Below, piece after piece: positions 47,715 to 57,420 of a stretch of 64,000 bases of DNA. Both the position numbers and the translations under genes were made by a program. Origin of the DNA: an uncultured bacterium (GTDB taxonomy: Bacteria; Abyssobacteria; SURF-5). The notes below the pieces were generated by a model. That model was not told where the DNA came from. It saw only the letters and a program-made list of their open reading frames with translations, and did not search any database. The stretch covers positions 11,344 through 75,343 of the forward strand of contig CAZSKP010000006.1 of assembly GCA_964607485.1 (NCBI GenBank), in the 5' to 3' direction. How positions within the stretch are numbered: position 1 is the first letter of the stretch; each line of letters opens with the position of its first letter.

Positions 47715-49424
47715 ATGCGTGTCAAGAAGCAAATCGGCCAACTGTTGTTGGAACGACAGATTCTCACCCAGAGCCAGCTCGACCTGGCACTGAACGAGCA
47801 GAAACGCACGGGCGAGAAGCTGGGCAAGGTGCTGCACAATCTTGGTTTCATCACCGAAGACCTGCTCTCCTCCGTGCTTGCGTTTCAGTCGGGCGCGGAA
47901 CAGGTCGACCTCTCGCAGATCGAGCCCGAGCCTCGTTTGCTGACCCTCATTCCGAAGGAACTCGTCAAGGCGGAGCTGGTTTTCCCCATATCCCTTAAGG
48001 GAAGGCTCCTGACGCTCGCCATGGCGAATCCTTTCGACATCATGACGATAGACCATGTGGAGCAGAACACAGGCTTCAAGGTCAGGAGCGTGTGCGCCAC
48101 CGAGAGCGACATCATCAGGGCCATCGACGCGTATTACGAAGACAGCGCCAACATTGAACGCATAATTGAGGATTGCATAAAAGAGGCCGAAGATTTCACC
48201 CAGAATCTCAAAAGGGGGGAGAGCGATAATTCGGCGATAATCCGATTGGTCAACCACATTTTCATGAAGGCCGTTGCGGAAGGGGCGACGGACATTCACA
48301 TCGAGCCCGAAGAGAACGTCGTCAGGATGCGTTTTCGTATTGACGGCGTGCTGCAGCAGGGCGCGGCCCTTCCGAAGGTGCTTCAGATGCCAGTCGTCAC
48401 TCGCATAAAAATCATGTCCAACCTCAATATAGCGGAAAGCCGCCTGCCCCAGGACGGCAGGTACCTGTTTGAAATAGGAAAGAAGAGGGTCGATTGCAGG
48501 ATTTCCACGCTTCCCACCACCTACGGCGAGAACGTCGTTATCAGGGTTCTCGACAAATCGAAAATAACGCTGAATCTTAAAGAGCTTGGATTGTTGGACG
48601 AAAAGATGAAGCTTCTGAGTTCATCCTTTTTGAAACCATACGGAATGATACTCGTGACGGGCCCGACCGGCTCGGGGAAAACCACCACCCTCTACGCCAC
48701 GCTCTCGAAGATGAATTCCCTCGAGAAAAACATCCTCACGCTGGAGGACCCGGTGGAATACGACCTCCCCGTCATCCGGCAGACTCAGGTGAATCGGAAG
48801 GCCGGGTTGACCTTCGCCACCTGTCTCCGATCCGTCCTGAGACAGGACCCCGATGTGATTCTCATCGGCGAGACGCGCGACGCGGAAACCGCCGAGCTGT
48901 CGGTTCACGCCGCGCTCACGGGACACCTCGTGTTCTCGACCCTCCACACGAACAACGCCTCCGGCGCCATTCCGAGGTTGATTGAGATGGGAGTGAAACC
49001 CTATCTCTTGGCCTCGGCGCTGCTCTGCATTGTGGCCCAACGGCTGGTACGAAAAATCTGTCCCCACTGTAGGGTCGCCGACCATGAATATGACGAACAG
49101 CTCTCGAAACTGGGCATAACCGACCACGCCGGAACCCAGTTTTTCAAAGGACAGGGATGTGAGAATTGCTACCAAACAGGCTACAGAGGCCGAACGGGAG
49201 TGTTTGAGATACTGACCGTGAACGAAGAGGTCAGGCGCTTGATATTGCTTCAATCGGACAGCGAGACGATTCTGAAGGCGGCCAGGGCGAACGGAATGGC
49301 GACGATGCTGGAAGACGGAATCGACAAGGCCGCAGCCGGTTTGACCTCGTTGGCGGAAATAGTCCGGGTGTGTCCGACGGATGCGACGTATCTCGTGGAC
49401 GATCTTGTCATGGAGAAGGCATGA
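47715..49424 (+). CDS. GspE/PilB/MshE assembly ATPase with N-terminal MshEN-like domain
   Basis: TDIHIEP, RLPQDG, GPTGSGKTT, LEDPVE, LRQDPD, TLHTN, CPHC..CENC. Confidence 0.95.
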   Translation: MRVKKQIGQLLLERQILTQSQLDLALNEQKRTGEKLGKVLHNLGFITEDLLSSVLAFQSGAEQVDLSQIEPEPRLLTLIPKELVKAELVFPISLKGRLLTLAMANPFDIMTIDHVEQNTGFKVRSVCATESDIIRAIDAYYEDSANIERIIEDCIKEAEDFTQNLKRGESDNSAIIRLVNHIFMKAVAEGATDIHIEPEENVVRMRFRIDGVLQQGAALPKVLQMPVVTRIKIMSNLNIAESRLPQDGRYLFEIGKKRVDCRISTLPTTYGENVVIRVLDKSKITLNLKELGLLDEKMKLLSSSFLKPYGMILVTGPTGSGKTTTLYATLSKMNSLEKNILTLEDPVEYDLPVIRQTQVNRKAGLTFATCLRSVLRQDPDVILIGETRDAETAELSVHAALTGHLVFSTLHTNNASGAIPRLIEMGVKPYLLASALLCIVAQRLVRKICPHCRVADHEYDEQLSKLGITDHAGTQFFKGQGCENCYQTGYRGRTGVFEILTVNEEVRRLILLQSDSETILKAARANGMATMLEDGIDKAAAGLTSLAEIVRVCPTDATYLVDDLVMEKA

Positions 49425-49452
49425 CCTCCTCCTGCTCGGAGGAGCTGACATT

Positions 49453-49598
49453 CGTCATTCTGAGCGTAGCGAAGAATCTCAAAGAATGCGGCAATTTCAG
49501 GCCAGGTATGAGATCCTTCACTTCGTTCAGGATGACGAGAATATGATGATGACGAGAATATGATGATGACGAGAATATGATGACGACGAGAATGTGAT
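49453..49598. repeat. REP-like palindrome followed by 4 x 17-bp tandem repeat
   Basis: CGTCATTCTGAGCGTAGCGAAGAATCTC...GAGATCCTTCACTTCGTTCAGGATGACG (49453-49537); GATGACGAGAATATGAT three times plus one variant (49531-49598). Confidence 0.85.
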
Positions 49599-49633
49599 GC
49601 GTAGCAACATTGTGAGGAGATATTCGATTTCCG

Positions 49634-50836
49634 ATGCCTAAGTATGGATACAAGGCGGTGAGCGCCGAAGGAGCGAACGTGAGCGGCACGATGTATGCCG
49701 CGAACGCGCAGGAACTCGAGCGCATGCTCGATTCGCTCGACGTCTATCTCATATCCGCCAAGCAGAAAGGCGACGCTCCCACGTTTCTCCTCGGGCGGCG
49801 CGTTTCCCGCAAGGAATTGATAGCGTTCTCGATTCATCTCAGCACGTTGATAAGCGCCGGTGTGCCCCTGCTGGCCGGCCTGGAGGAGCTTGAAAAGGAA
49901 GCTGGAAGCAGGGCGTTCAAGAATACCGTGGCGGATGTCCGAAGAAACATCGAGACGGGGAGCACGCTGGCCGACTCGCTCTCGATGCATCCCGAGGCGT
50001 TTTCCCAGTTGTACGTGAGCGTTGTGAGGGCCGGCGAATCGACGGGAAAGCTCGACGACACCCTGAACGATTTGCTCACGTTCCTCGAGTGGCAGGAGGA
50101 GCTGTCGAGGGATGTGAAGCAGGCGGTCATTTACCCGTGCATGGTGCTGGCGGCGGTCATCGGGCTCATAGCTCTTCTGCTCGGGTTTGTCTTTCCGAAG
50201 TTCATATCGATCTTTGAGCAGTTCGATTTCGCGCTGCCGCTTCCGACGAGAATGCTGATGTTCATGAGCAGATTCTTTGTCAGCTACTGGATATGGCTGC
50301 TCGTGGGCATTTTCCTTGTCATCGGCGCGTTCAATCTCATGAAAAACCGGGAGGCCGTCCGAGAGATCATCGACAGGGCCAAGCTCGGCTTTCCCATTCT
50401 CGGGCCGCTGTTCCAGAAGATCGCTCTCTCGCGTTTCGCCCATCATCTGGGGGTGCTGTTCAAATCGGGAGTCAGCCTCACGCAGTCCCTCGAAATAGTC
50501 GAACGCGTGGTGGGAAACAGGGTGTTGGGCAGGGAGATAGCCATGGCCGGCGAACGGGTGGCAAACGGCGAGCCCCTCTCTCAGGCCCTTGAGGTGAGCA
50601 GACGTTTCCCCGGGCTGGTCATCAGGATGATCCGCGTGGGCGAACAGACGGGCGATCTCGACCAAACGCTGGGCAAAGTGAACAAGTATTATGACCGCGA
50701 GGTACCCGCCACGGTCAGAAAAATTTTCACGGTATCCGAAGGCCTGCTCCTCGTGGTCCTGGGTGGAATAGTCTTGTTCGTGGGGCTGGCCATAATCCTG
50801 CCGCTCTATCAATTCCAAGGGGCGATTCTGCACTAG
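49634..50836 (+). CDS. GspF/PilC platform protein
   Basis: LSTLISAGVPL, AGESTGKL, YP, VGEQTGDL, ILPLY. Confidence 0.95.
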   Translation: MPKYGYKAVSAEGANVSGTMYAANAQELERMLDSLDVYLISAKQKGDAPTFLLGRRVSRKELIAFSIHLSTLISAGVPLLAGLEELEKEAGSRAFKNTVADVRRNIETGSTLADSLSMHPEAFSQLYVSVVRAGESTGKLDDTLNDLLTFLEWQEELSRDVKQAVIYPCMVLAAVIGLIALLLGFVFPKFISIFEQFDFALPLPTRMLMFMSRFFVSYWIWLLVGIFLVIGAFNLMKNREAVREIIDRAKLGFPILGPLFQKIALSRFAHHLGVLFKSGVSLTQSLEIVERVVGNRVLGREIAMAGERVANGEPLSQALEVSRRFPGLVIRMIRVGEQTGDLDQTLGKVNKYYDREVPATVRKIFTVSEGLLLVVLGGIVLFVGLAIILPLYQFQGAILH

Positions 50837-50846
50837 GGAGACTGCA

Positions 50847-51755
50847 ATGAATGACAATCGCACAGAATGGCATCTTGCGGGTCGGACGAAGGGATTCTCG
50901 CTCATCGAGATGATTATCGCCATCGCGATTCTTGCGGTGCTGTCGGCCGCGGTTGTGCCCGTGTTGTATCGCGGCATCGACGCCCAGAGACATCAGGCCA
51001 CGTTCGAGGAAATGGAGGCGATCGCCGAGGCGATTGTCGGGAACCCGGCCGAGGACAATTACGGCTATATCGGCGACATGGGCGGTCTTCCCGCGAGCCT
51101 CAACGACCTGAACACCAACCCCGGCGCGACCACTCATTCGGTCCAGACGAACGGGGTGCCCATGGGCTGGAACGGCCCGTACTTGAACGTCGGCTCCACG
51201 CCGAACGATTACCTCTCCGATGCATGGAGCAGACCCTATGTCTATAACAGTGCAACCGGACAGATAACCAGCGGCGGGCTGAATGGAACCGTCGGCGATG
51301 CAGACGACATCATCGTGCCGCCGAATCCTGTGGTCGCCTCCGGGACCGTCGCCGTCACGGTGACGAGCGACAGCATTCAGAATCCGGGAAGCACGGACAC
51401 GCTTGACGACACGATGGCGGTCGTTGTGGTTCTGTTCTCGAACAACGGAGTCGAAACCGCTGCTGCAACAACCTACAATGGGTCGAGCTTTGTAGCCACC
51501 GGGCCGAACATTCACAGGGGCGTGCACGCCGTGATTGTGAACGGACTGGACGGACCGGTTGAACCAGGACCGGGCCAGGGCCAGGGTCAAGGTCAGGGAC
51601 ATGGCCAAGGTCAGGGGCAAGGTCAGGGCCAGGGGCAAGGGCAAGGCCAGGGTCAGGGCCAGAGTACCGACACCGATGATTTTTCTGGGCGGACTGGCGC
51701 CGCAAACGTCGTGGTCGGTCAAGGCGTTTCCACCGTGACCGTGTACATTCGGTAG
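50847..51755 (+). CDS. Third pilin-like protein with Ig-like extension and (GQ)n tract
   Basis: RTKG|FSLIE; GWNGPY; DAWSRPY; DDI; 15 GQ/GH dipeptides. Confidence 0.85.
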   Translation: MNDNRTEWHLAGRTKGFSLIEMIIAIAILAVLSAAVVPVLYRGIDAQRHQATFEEMEAIAEAIVGNPAEDNYGYIGDMGGLPASLNDLNTNPGATTHSVQTNGVPMGWNGPYLNVGSTPNDYLSDAWSRPYVYNSATGQITSGGLNGTVGDADDIIVPPNPVVASGTVAVTVTSDSIQNPGSTDTLDDTMAVVVVLFSNNGVETAAATTYNGSSFVATGPNIHRGVHAVIVNGLDGPVEPGPGQGQGQGQGHGQGQGQGQGQGQGQGQGQGQSTDTDDFSGRTGAANVVVGQGVSTVTVYIR

Positions 51756-51773
51756 GAAGAGGGCTGTCTCGAA

Positions 51774-53420
51774 ATGAAATCGCAATCTGTCCTCGCTTTG
51801 GAAGTGGAGGATTACAACCTGCTGGCCGTGGAGGCGGTCCGGAGGGCCGAGTCGGTCAAAGTCCTCAAATTCGGCCGATTCACCCTGCCCGAAGGAGCCA
51901 ACGGCGAGGGGTTGGGCCGTGCGATCAGGACGGTTCTCCGTTCAAACGGATTCACCGAGAAAAAGGTCGCAGTCCTGTTCTCCAGCGAGTTTGTCGAACA
52001 TCGCCTGCTCGACCTGCCCTCGGTTTCCGGATCCAAACTGGCCGCCATCGTCAAGGGACAATCCATGAAGGACTCCCGACTGGCCGCCATCGAGCAGGTG
52101 CAAAACCAGTTCTGCGTCCTGGAGGAAGTCAAGGAAAAGGGCAAGACGAAGAAGAGGGTGTTCTGCACGAACTTCTCTCAATCGGAACTGCAAAACATAT
52201 TGCTGTCGATGTCGGAGGCCGGGCTTAAACCCTGTTACGCAACATCGGCGTCGGCTGCACTGTCGCAGCTTGCGCTTGCCTGTTCTCGTGACATCGGAAA
52301 GGGATGCAAGGCGCTTCTGCACATACGGGGCCGACAGGGACACATCCTCATTTTTGACAGGAAGGGCTGGTTGTTCTCGCGCGAATTCAAGCTTGCGCCC
52401 GGTTTCTCCGACGACTATGCCGCCCGCTCATTTGGCGAGACGGAGGACCCTTCCGAGGACGAGCCCTGGTCTTCCTCCAGCGAAGACGAAACGGCGTCGG
52501 GCGGCGATGGCGGGCTCTTCGCGGATATGGCGATAGACGAGATAAACCGGTCCATTCTCTACTTCAAGCAGAACAGCCGCAGGATGGTTGACGAGATTCT
52601 CCTCGCCTGCGACGACGAACTCGGGAGCGAGCTGGAAAAAAGGATCGTCGGGGAACTGGGAATTTCCGCGAAAAACTTCGATGCGTGCGAGAACGTCGAT
52701 CTTTCGGGTCTCCATAGCTCACCCAATCAAGAGGCATTCGCCCTGAACGAATATCTGCCCCTTATCGCGCTCATCTCCGCGCCCGAGTCGCAGATATGCC
52801 CCAACCTGATTCCATCCGACTTTCTCGAGCGGCGGGCGAGGACGGCGGCGAAGACGATTCTGGCGGTCGTCGCGCTTGGACTTCTCAGCGCGGGGGTGGT
52901 CGGATATACAGCCCTTGCCTACAGCGACAGGACGCTTGCCGCCCTCTTGAGGCAGAAGCAGGCCTATATGGAAACGAGGCGGTCGCGCATTGAAAATCTG
53001 GCCGAGCTGATGAGCAGGAAGAAGTCGTTCACGAAAAAGGAGCTGATTCTGAAGCAGTCGCTCGCGCCCCAGCCTCCCTGGGCGGAGATGCTGAGGCGGG
53101 TGAGCCTGATGGCTTCCGATGAACTCCTGCTTACTCGGTTGTCGGTCGAGAGGAGAGGCGACGGCTGTTGGGTCAGCGTCTCGGGCGAGGTGCGCGCGGC
53201 GAGTCCAAACGACGCCCAAACCAGCTTCCGAAAATTCTGCGATGAGTGGGACGGCTCAGCGTGTTTTTCACAGACCGTCCTGGAGCCGGTCAGGCTTCAG
53301 ATAGTCGAGAACGATTCGGGCGGACAGGCCGTCGAGCCCGCCGCCGTTGCGGCCCAATCGAAGTACAGAGTGCTTTTCAGCATGCAGTCCAAACTGGTGG
53401 GAAGAGATGAAGCTTCTTGA
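51774..53420 (+). CDS. PilM-PilN (GspL/MshI-like) fusion
   Basis: Actin-like N-terminus (VLALEV, EINRSILYF), PNLIP linker, TM, coiled coil, ferredoxin-like C-terminus. Confidence 0.75.
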   Translation: MKSQSVLALEVEDYNLLAVEAVRRAESVKVLKFGRFTLPEGANGEGLGRAIRTVLRSNGFTEKKVAVLFSSEFVEHRLLDLPSVSGSKLAAIVKGQSMKDSRLAAIEQVQNQFCVLEEVKEKGKTKKRVFCTNFSQSELQNILLSMSEAGLKPCYATSASAALSQLALACSRDIGKGCKALLHIRGRQGHILIFDRKGWLFSREFKLAPGFSDDYAARSFGETEDPSEDEPWSSSSEDETASGGDGGLFADMAIDEINRSILYFKQNSRRMVDEILLACDDELGSELEKRIVGELGISAKNFDACENVDLSGLHSSPNQEAFALNEYLPLIALISAPESQICPNLIPSDFLERRARTAAKTILAVVALGLLSAGVVGYTALAYSDRTLAALLRQKQAYMETRRSRIENLAELMSRKKSFTKKELILKQSLAPQPPWAEMLRRVSLMASDELLLTRLSVERRGDGCWVSVSGEVRAASPNDAQTSFRKFCDEWDGSACFSQTVLEPVRLQIVENDSGGQAVEPAAVAAQSKYRVLFSMQSKLVGRDEAS

Positions 53421-54081
53421 CAATATCAGCTTTCGGATGAAGGCGCTCCTTTGCGTTCTGGCGATCGTTATCGGCATCAACGTGCTTTTTTTCGCCGTGT
53501 TTAGGCCGAAGATTTCTTCGATGGTCCAAACGAAGACGAGGCTCGAGACGCTCGTGGCCGAGATAAACAGGGAAGCCAGGGAAGAAACCGACTTCGTCGT
53601 ACCCACCGCGGAGGAGCAGAGGGAGTGGATGGGGGTCGAGTCGGAGCTGAGACGGAGGATTCCCGAAGACATGGAACTGCCTCGAGTGCTTGAAAGCATT
53701 GCGACATTGGCAAAGGACACGGGAATCGAAGACCTCACAATGGCCAGCCTGCCTCAGGATGCCGATGAAAATGCACCGGGTGACCGGGTCGTCCAAATTG
53801 GCGACAAGAAGTTCTCACTCTCTTCCGGAGGCGACGCTCCCGAAGGGACGAATCCGCTGGGGAATCTGGAGCTGGAGCAGGCGACGATAGACATGACGTT
53901 TCACTCCGAGTACAAGGCGCTGGCCGAGTTTCTGGAGGGTTTGTGCGGCCTTCCCCGATTTGTGCTGATAAGGAAGCTCGACATCGAGCGCGAGCTCCCG
54001 ATGATTTCGGTCAGCGTGTCCGTGAGAGTCTTCTCGCTCGCAGAGGCGCAGACGCGCGTTCAGACGATCGAGTCGAATTGA
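53407..54081 (+). CDS. PilO/GspM-like protein
   Basis: N-terminal TM, RIPEDMELP.VL, Y..L..FL..L..LPRFV. Confidence 0.78.
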   Translation: MKLLDNISFRMKALLCVLAIVIGINVLFFAVFRPKISSMVQTKTRLETLVAEINREAREETDFVVPTAEEQREWMGVESELRRRIPEDMELPRVLESIATLAKDTGIEDLTMASLPQDADENAPGDRVVQIGDKKFSLSSGGDAPEGTNPLGNLELEQATIDMTFHSEYKALAEFLEGLCGLPRFVLIRKLDIERELPMISVSVSVRVFSLAEAQTRVQTIESN

Positions 54082-54092
54082 GGACAGCCAAA

Positions 54093-54668
54093 ATGGAACG
54101 GTGGTTTGACACGAAGCGATTGGGTCTGGGAATGCTTCTGGTGATATTCATTCTTGGCGCAGTCATCCTGTGGGTCGGCAAACCGAGCAATCTCGCCCAT
54201 GGCAGCCTCGTGCGGCCTGAGCAGTCGCTCTCGTCGAGCGAATCTCAATTCGAGGCCGACAGCTCATTAGAACAGATCAAGGGCTACTTCAATGACAAGT
54301 TCCTCGTGGACGATTACGTCCATGGCCCCGGCTGGTCGGAGCATCCGTGGGGGAGAAATCCCTTCCTGACGCCGGGCGAAATACGTTTCTTCGGGAGCGG
54401 CGAACGTACGGCGACCGCCCCGGGAAGCGCCGGCAACGCCGTGAGCAGCGGAATATCGATAGTGGGAATCATGTTGGGCTCGAATGAAAAGAAGATTGCC
54501 TTGGTTGACGACGGAAGAATGCTTCGCGTCGGCGACAAAGTTGGAAACGAGTTGGTGGCGAAGATCGATATCGACGGCGTTGTTCTTGCAAGCAAGAGTG
54601 GAAGCAGGCGCATCGAGCTGCCTCAGAGCACGGTCCGATTGGAGAGCGCCACCAGGACAGTTGAATAG
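54093..54668 (+). CDS. PilP/MshK-like accessory protein
   Basis: TM, GRNPF, IVGIM, ALVDD, RVGDKV, IDIDGVVL; lies before the secretin. Confidence 0.65.
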   Translation: MERWFDTKRLGLGMLLVIFILGAVILWVGKPSNLAHGSLVRPEQSLSSSESQFEADSSLEQIKGYFNDKFLVDDYVHGPGWSEHPWGRNPFLTPGEIRFFGSGERTATAPGSAGNAVSSGISIVGIMLGSNEKKIALVDDGRMLRVGDKVGNELVAKIDIDGVVLASKSGSRRIELPQSTVRLESATRTVE

Positions 54669-54696
54669 AGGGGATTCCAAAAGAAGGAATAGGCCA

Positions 54697-56481
54697 ATGC
54701 ATACGAGAGTTCTCCGACGTCACACTTCAGAGAAGCCCCGCCCGACGCTATGGATTGTTGTGACGGGATTTGGAGTTCTGCTGCTCTCTTCTCTTGTTGC
54801 TTGTTCGACATTGCAGCCGCAACCGCCGATGAAGAATATGGACGTCATGGTTGGAGCATCGTCCGAGCCCGAGCCGGCCGAACAGCCACCTAAGCTTGAA
54901 GAGAGGCCTCTGTTCCTGTTGGGCGAGAAGGAACCCCAAGCGGGCGAGACGGCGGCAGTCCTTCCGAAAAGATTTACGCTCTCCGTGCGCGACGCCGACA
55001 TTAAGGACGTTTTGATGGCCTTTTCCAAAGACAGCGATTACAACATCGTCATTAGTCCCTCCGTAGAGGGAAAGGTTTCGGTTGACCTGAAGGAAGTTGA
55101 CATCTTTCAAGCGCTCGATTCGATTCTGACCCCTCTGGGTTACACGTACATGCGCAAGGGGAATTTCTTCCGCATCATGCCCGAGCAACTGGTGACTCGT
55201 GCATTCTCGTTCAACTACGTCACCACTCGGCGCAAGAGCGAGCGCTCTCTGACATTCACGAATATGTCGGTTGTCGGTCAGACATCGAGCGTCAGTTTCA
55301 CGGGCGGCGCGAGCGGCTCGAGCGGTTCGAGCGGAGGCGGGGGAGGGAATAACCAGAGCGAGACCACGCTTGATGATATCGTCTCCTCCAGCATATGGAA
55401 CGATGTGCAGACGTCGCTGGAAACGATTGTCTTCGGCGATTCACAATCGTCTTCTACTGGCACGGAGCAGTTGACCGGATTCAGCCGCGGGGATGAGTTT
55501 GGCAGGCGCCTCATCGTGAATCCGCAGGGAGGAACGATCTACGTCTCGGCCTTCCCGCGCGAGATGGAACAGGTGGAAGCCTTTTTGAGCGACCTGGAGG
55601 AATCGGTCAGGCGCCAGGTGCTCATAGAGGCCAGGATACTGGAGGTGCTGCTGTCCGACGAATTCGCCTACGGCGTGAACTGGAGCTATGCCTTGAAATT
55701 CCCCCACCTGAGCGATCTGGGAGGAAACCTGCTCGATTTCACCGGGACCATTTCCGATTCCACCTTTAATCAGACCCTGGCGCCGGAGGAATCCGACTTT
55801 CAGATCGGTGTCGCCAACGACCATTTCTCCGCGTTGCTGAACACGCTCGCGAGGCGGGGTCAGGTGAACGTTCTGTCGAGTCCGCGCGTCTCGACCATGA
55901 ACAATCAACCCGCCGTCATACGCGTCATAAGGGACGAGGTCTTCTTCCAGGCCGATGTGGCTCCGATCGTGATTGTCAATGGAACGGTCACGGGCGGCGA
56001 AGTGGAGTATAACCCGGTGGTCCTGCCCATCGGCGTCGTGCTGGAGGTCACACCCCAGGTCGGCGACGACGACACCATCTCCATGGACATACATCCGACC
56101 ATTTCATCGATAGTGCGGGTTGAGAAGTCGCCGATCGGCGATGAGCAGCCCGTTGTCGACCGAAGAGAGATCGACACGGTGGTCAGGGTGCGCAACGGCG
56201 ACACGCTCGTGCTTGCGGGCCTCATTCAAGAAACGCATCAGGAAACCAACCGCGAAGTGCCTTTGGTCGGGAGAATTCCGGTCGTTGGCAGTCTCCTGTT
56301 CAAGGGTACGGACCAGGAAAATGCGAAAACGGAACTCGTGATAGTGATGAAGCCGACCATCCTGAGCGATTTCAGGATTGCGCGGATCCACGAGGAGAGC
56401 ATGAACAGGCTGGGACAACTGAAGCGAAAACCCTCCATGAACTTGAATCCTTACGTATACGACAAGAAAGCCGGGGAGTAA
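54697..56481 (+). CDS. Lipoprotein secretin (MshL-like)
   Basis: Lipobox LVAC; STN domain; Ser/Gly-rich loop; QVLIEARILEV, VLSSPRV, LEVTPQ, VPLVGRIP, KTELVI. Confidence 0.92.
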   Translation: MHTRVLRRHTSEKPRPTLWIVVTGFGVLLLSSLVACSTLQPQPPMKNMDVMVGASSEPEPAEQPPKLEERPLFLLGEKEPQAGETAAVLPKRFTLSVRDADIKDVLMAFSKDSDYNIVISPSVEGKVSVDLKEVDIFQALDSILTPLGYTYMRKGNFFRIMPEQLVTRAFSFNYVTTRRKSERSLTFTNMSVVGQTSSVSFTGGASGSSGSSGGGGGNNQSETTLDDIVSSSIWNDVQTSLETIVFGDSQSSSTGTEQLTGFSRGDEFGRRLIVNPQGGTIYVSAFPREMEQVEAFLSDLEESVRRQVLIEARILEVLLSDEFAYGVNWSYALKFPHLSDLGGNLLDFTGTISDSTFNQTLAPEESDFQIGVANDHFSALLNTLARRGQVNVLSSPRVSTMNNQPAVIRVIRDEVFFQADVAPIVIVNGTVTGGEVEYNPVVLPIGVVLEVTPQVGDDDTISMDIHPTISSIVRVEKSPIGDEQPVVDRREIDTVVRVRNGDTLVLAGLIQETHQETNREVPLVGRIPVVGSLLFKGTDQENAKTELVIVMKPTILSDFRIARIHEESMNRLGQLKRKPSMNLNPYVYDKKAGE

Positions 56482-56487
56482 TCCAAC

Positions 56488-57420
56488 ATGTACGAGGAAT
56501 ATTTCGGGCTGAAAGAGCTGCCGTTTCACATAACACCCGACCCCAAGTTCATCTTCATGAGCAACGCGCACAGAGAGGGGCTGAATCACCTGCTTTACGG
56601 AATCAAGATGCGCAAAGGCTTCCTCGCGCTTATCGGCGAAGTGGGAATGGGGAAGACAACTCTGTACCGCTTCCTTTTCGAGAAACTTGGCCCCGCCTAT
56701 CCGACGGCGGTCGTGCTCAATCCGCTCCTTACCGGCAAACAGATGATCACCGCCATTCTGAGAGATTTTGACGTTCCCGTGACTTCGATAGGAAGAACCG
56801 GCGAGGCTCTGGTCGATAAGCTCAACCGTTTCTTGAAGTCGAAAAACGAGGAGAAAAAGATCCCCTTGCTGGTGGTGGACGAGGCGCACCAGCTTCCCGA
56901 TTCTCTGCTTGAGCTGCTCCGAATATTGTCCAACTATGAGACCAATCGGCAGAAGCTTCTCCAAATTCTTATGGTGGGACAGCCCGAACTGCTCCGAAGA
57001 CTTTCCTCGCCGGCCCTCCGGCAATTGAACCAGCGCATCAACGTACGCTGCTACCTCGGCGGGCTGGAGAAGGACGAGGTGAATCGGTACATCGAGCATC
57101 GGCTCACGGTCGGGGGCAACAACGGCAGTATTCGGTTCACTCCCGGCGCAAACCGGGTGATACGAAAGTCTTCACGCGGCGTCCCGAGATTGGTGAATCA
57201 GATTTGCGACAGGGCGCTCCTGAGCGCGTTTGTCCACGGCGTTCGAGTGGTCCGCAGGCGAGACGTGAGAGAAGCCATTGTGAGCCTCGAGGGCGGCTGC
57301 AGCCTGTCGCCTCTGTCGTTTCATGGCCCGTCCGGTTCGGAGTCGTATGTGGGAAGCTCGAACCAGCGGTTGAAGTTCTGCCAGCTATCTCCCGACTTGA
57401 AGATTGGAGTGCACGTATGA
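56488..57420 (+). CDS. ExeA/MshM-like AAA ATPase
   Basis: MYEEYFGL.E.PF..TPDP, GEVGMGKTT, VVDEAH, VGQPEL, GVPRLVN. Confidence 0.92.
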   Translation: MYEEYFGLKELPFHITPDPKFIFMSNAHREGLNHLLYGIKMRKGFLALIGEVGMGKTTLYRFLFEKLGPAYPTAVVLNPLLTGKQMITAILRDFDVPVTSIGRTGEALVDKLNRFLKSKNEEKKIPLLVVDEAHQLPDSLLELLRILSNYETNRQKLLQILMVGQPELLRRLSSPALRQLNQRINVRCYLGGLEKDEVNRYIEHRLTVGGNNGSIRFTPGANRVIRKSSRGVPRLVNQICDRALLSAFVHGVRVVRRRDVREAIVSLEGGCSLSPLSFHGPSGSESYVGSSNQRLKFCQLSPDLKIGVHV

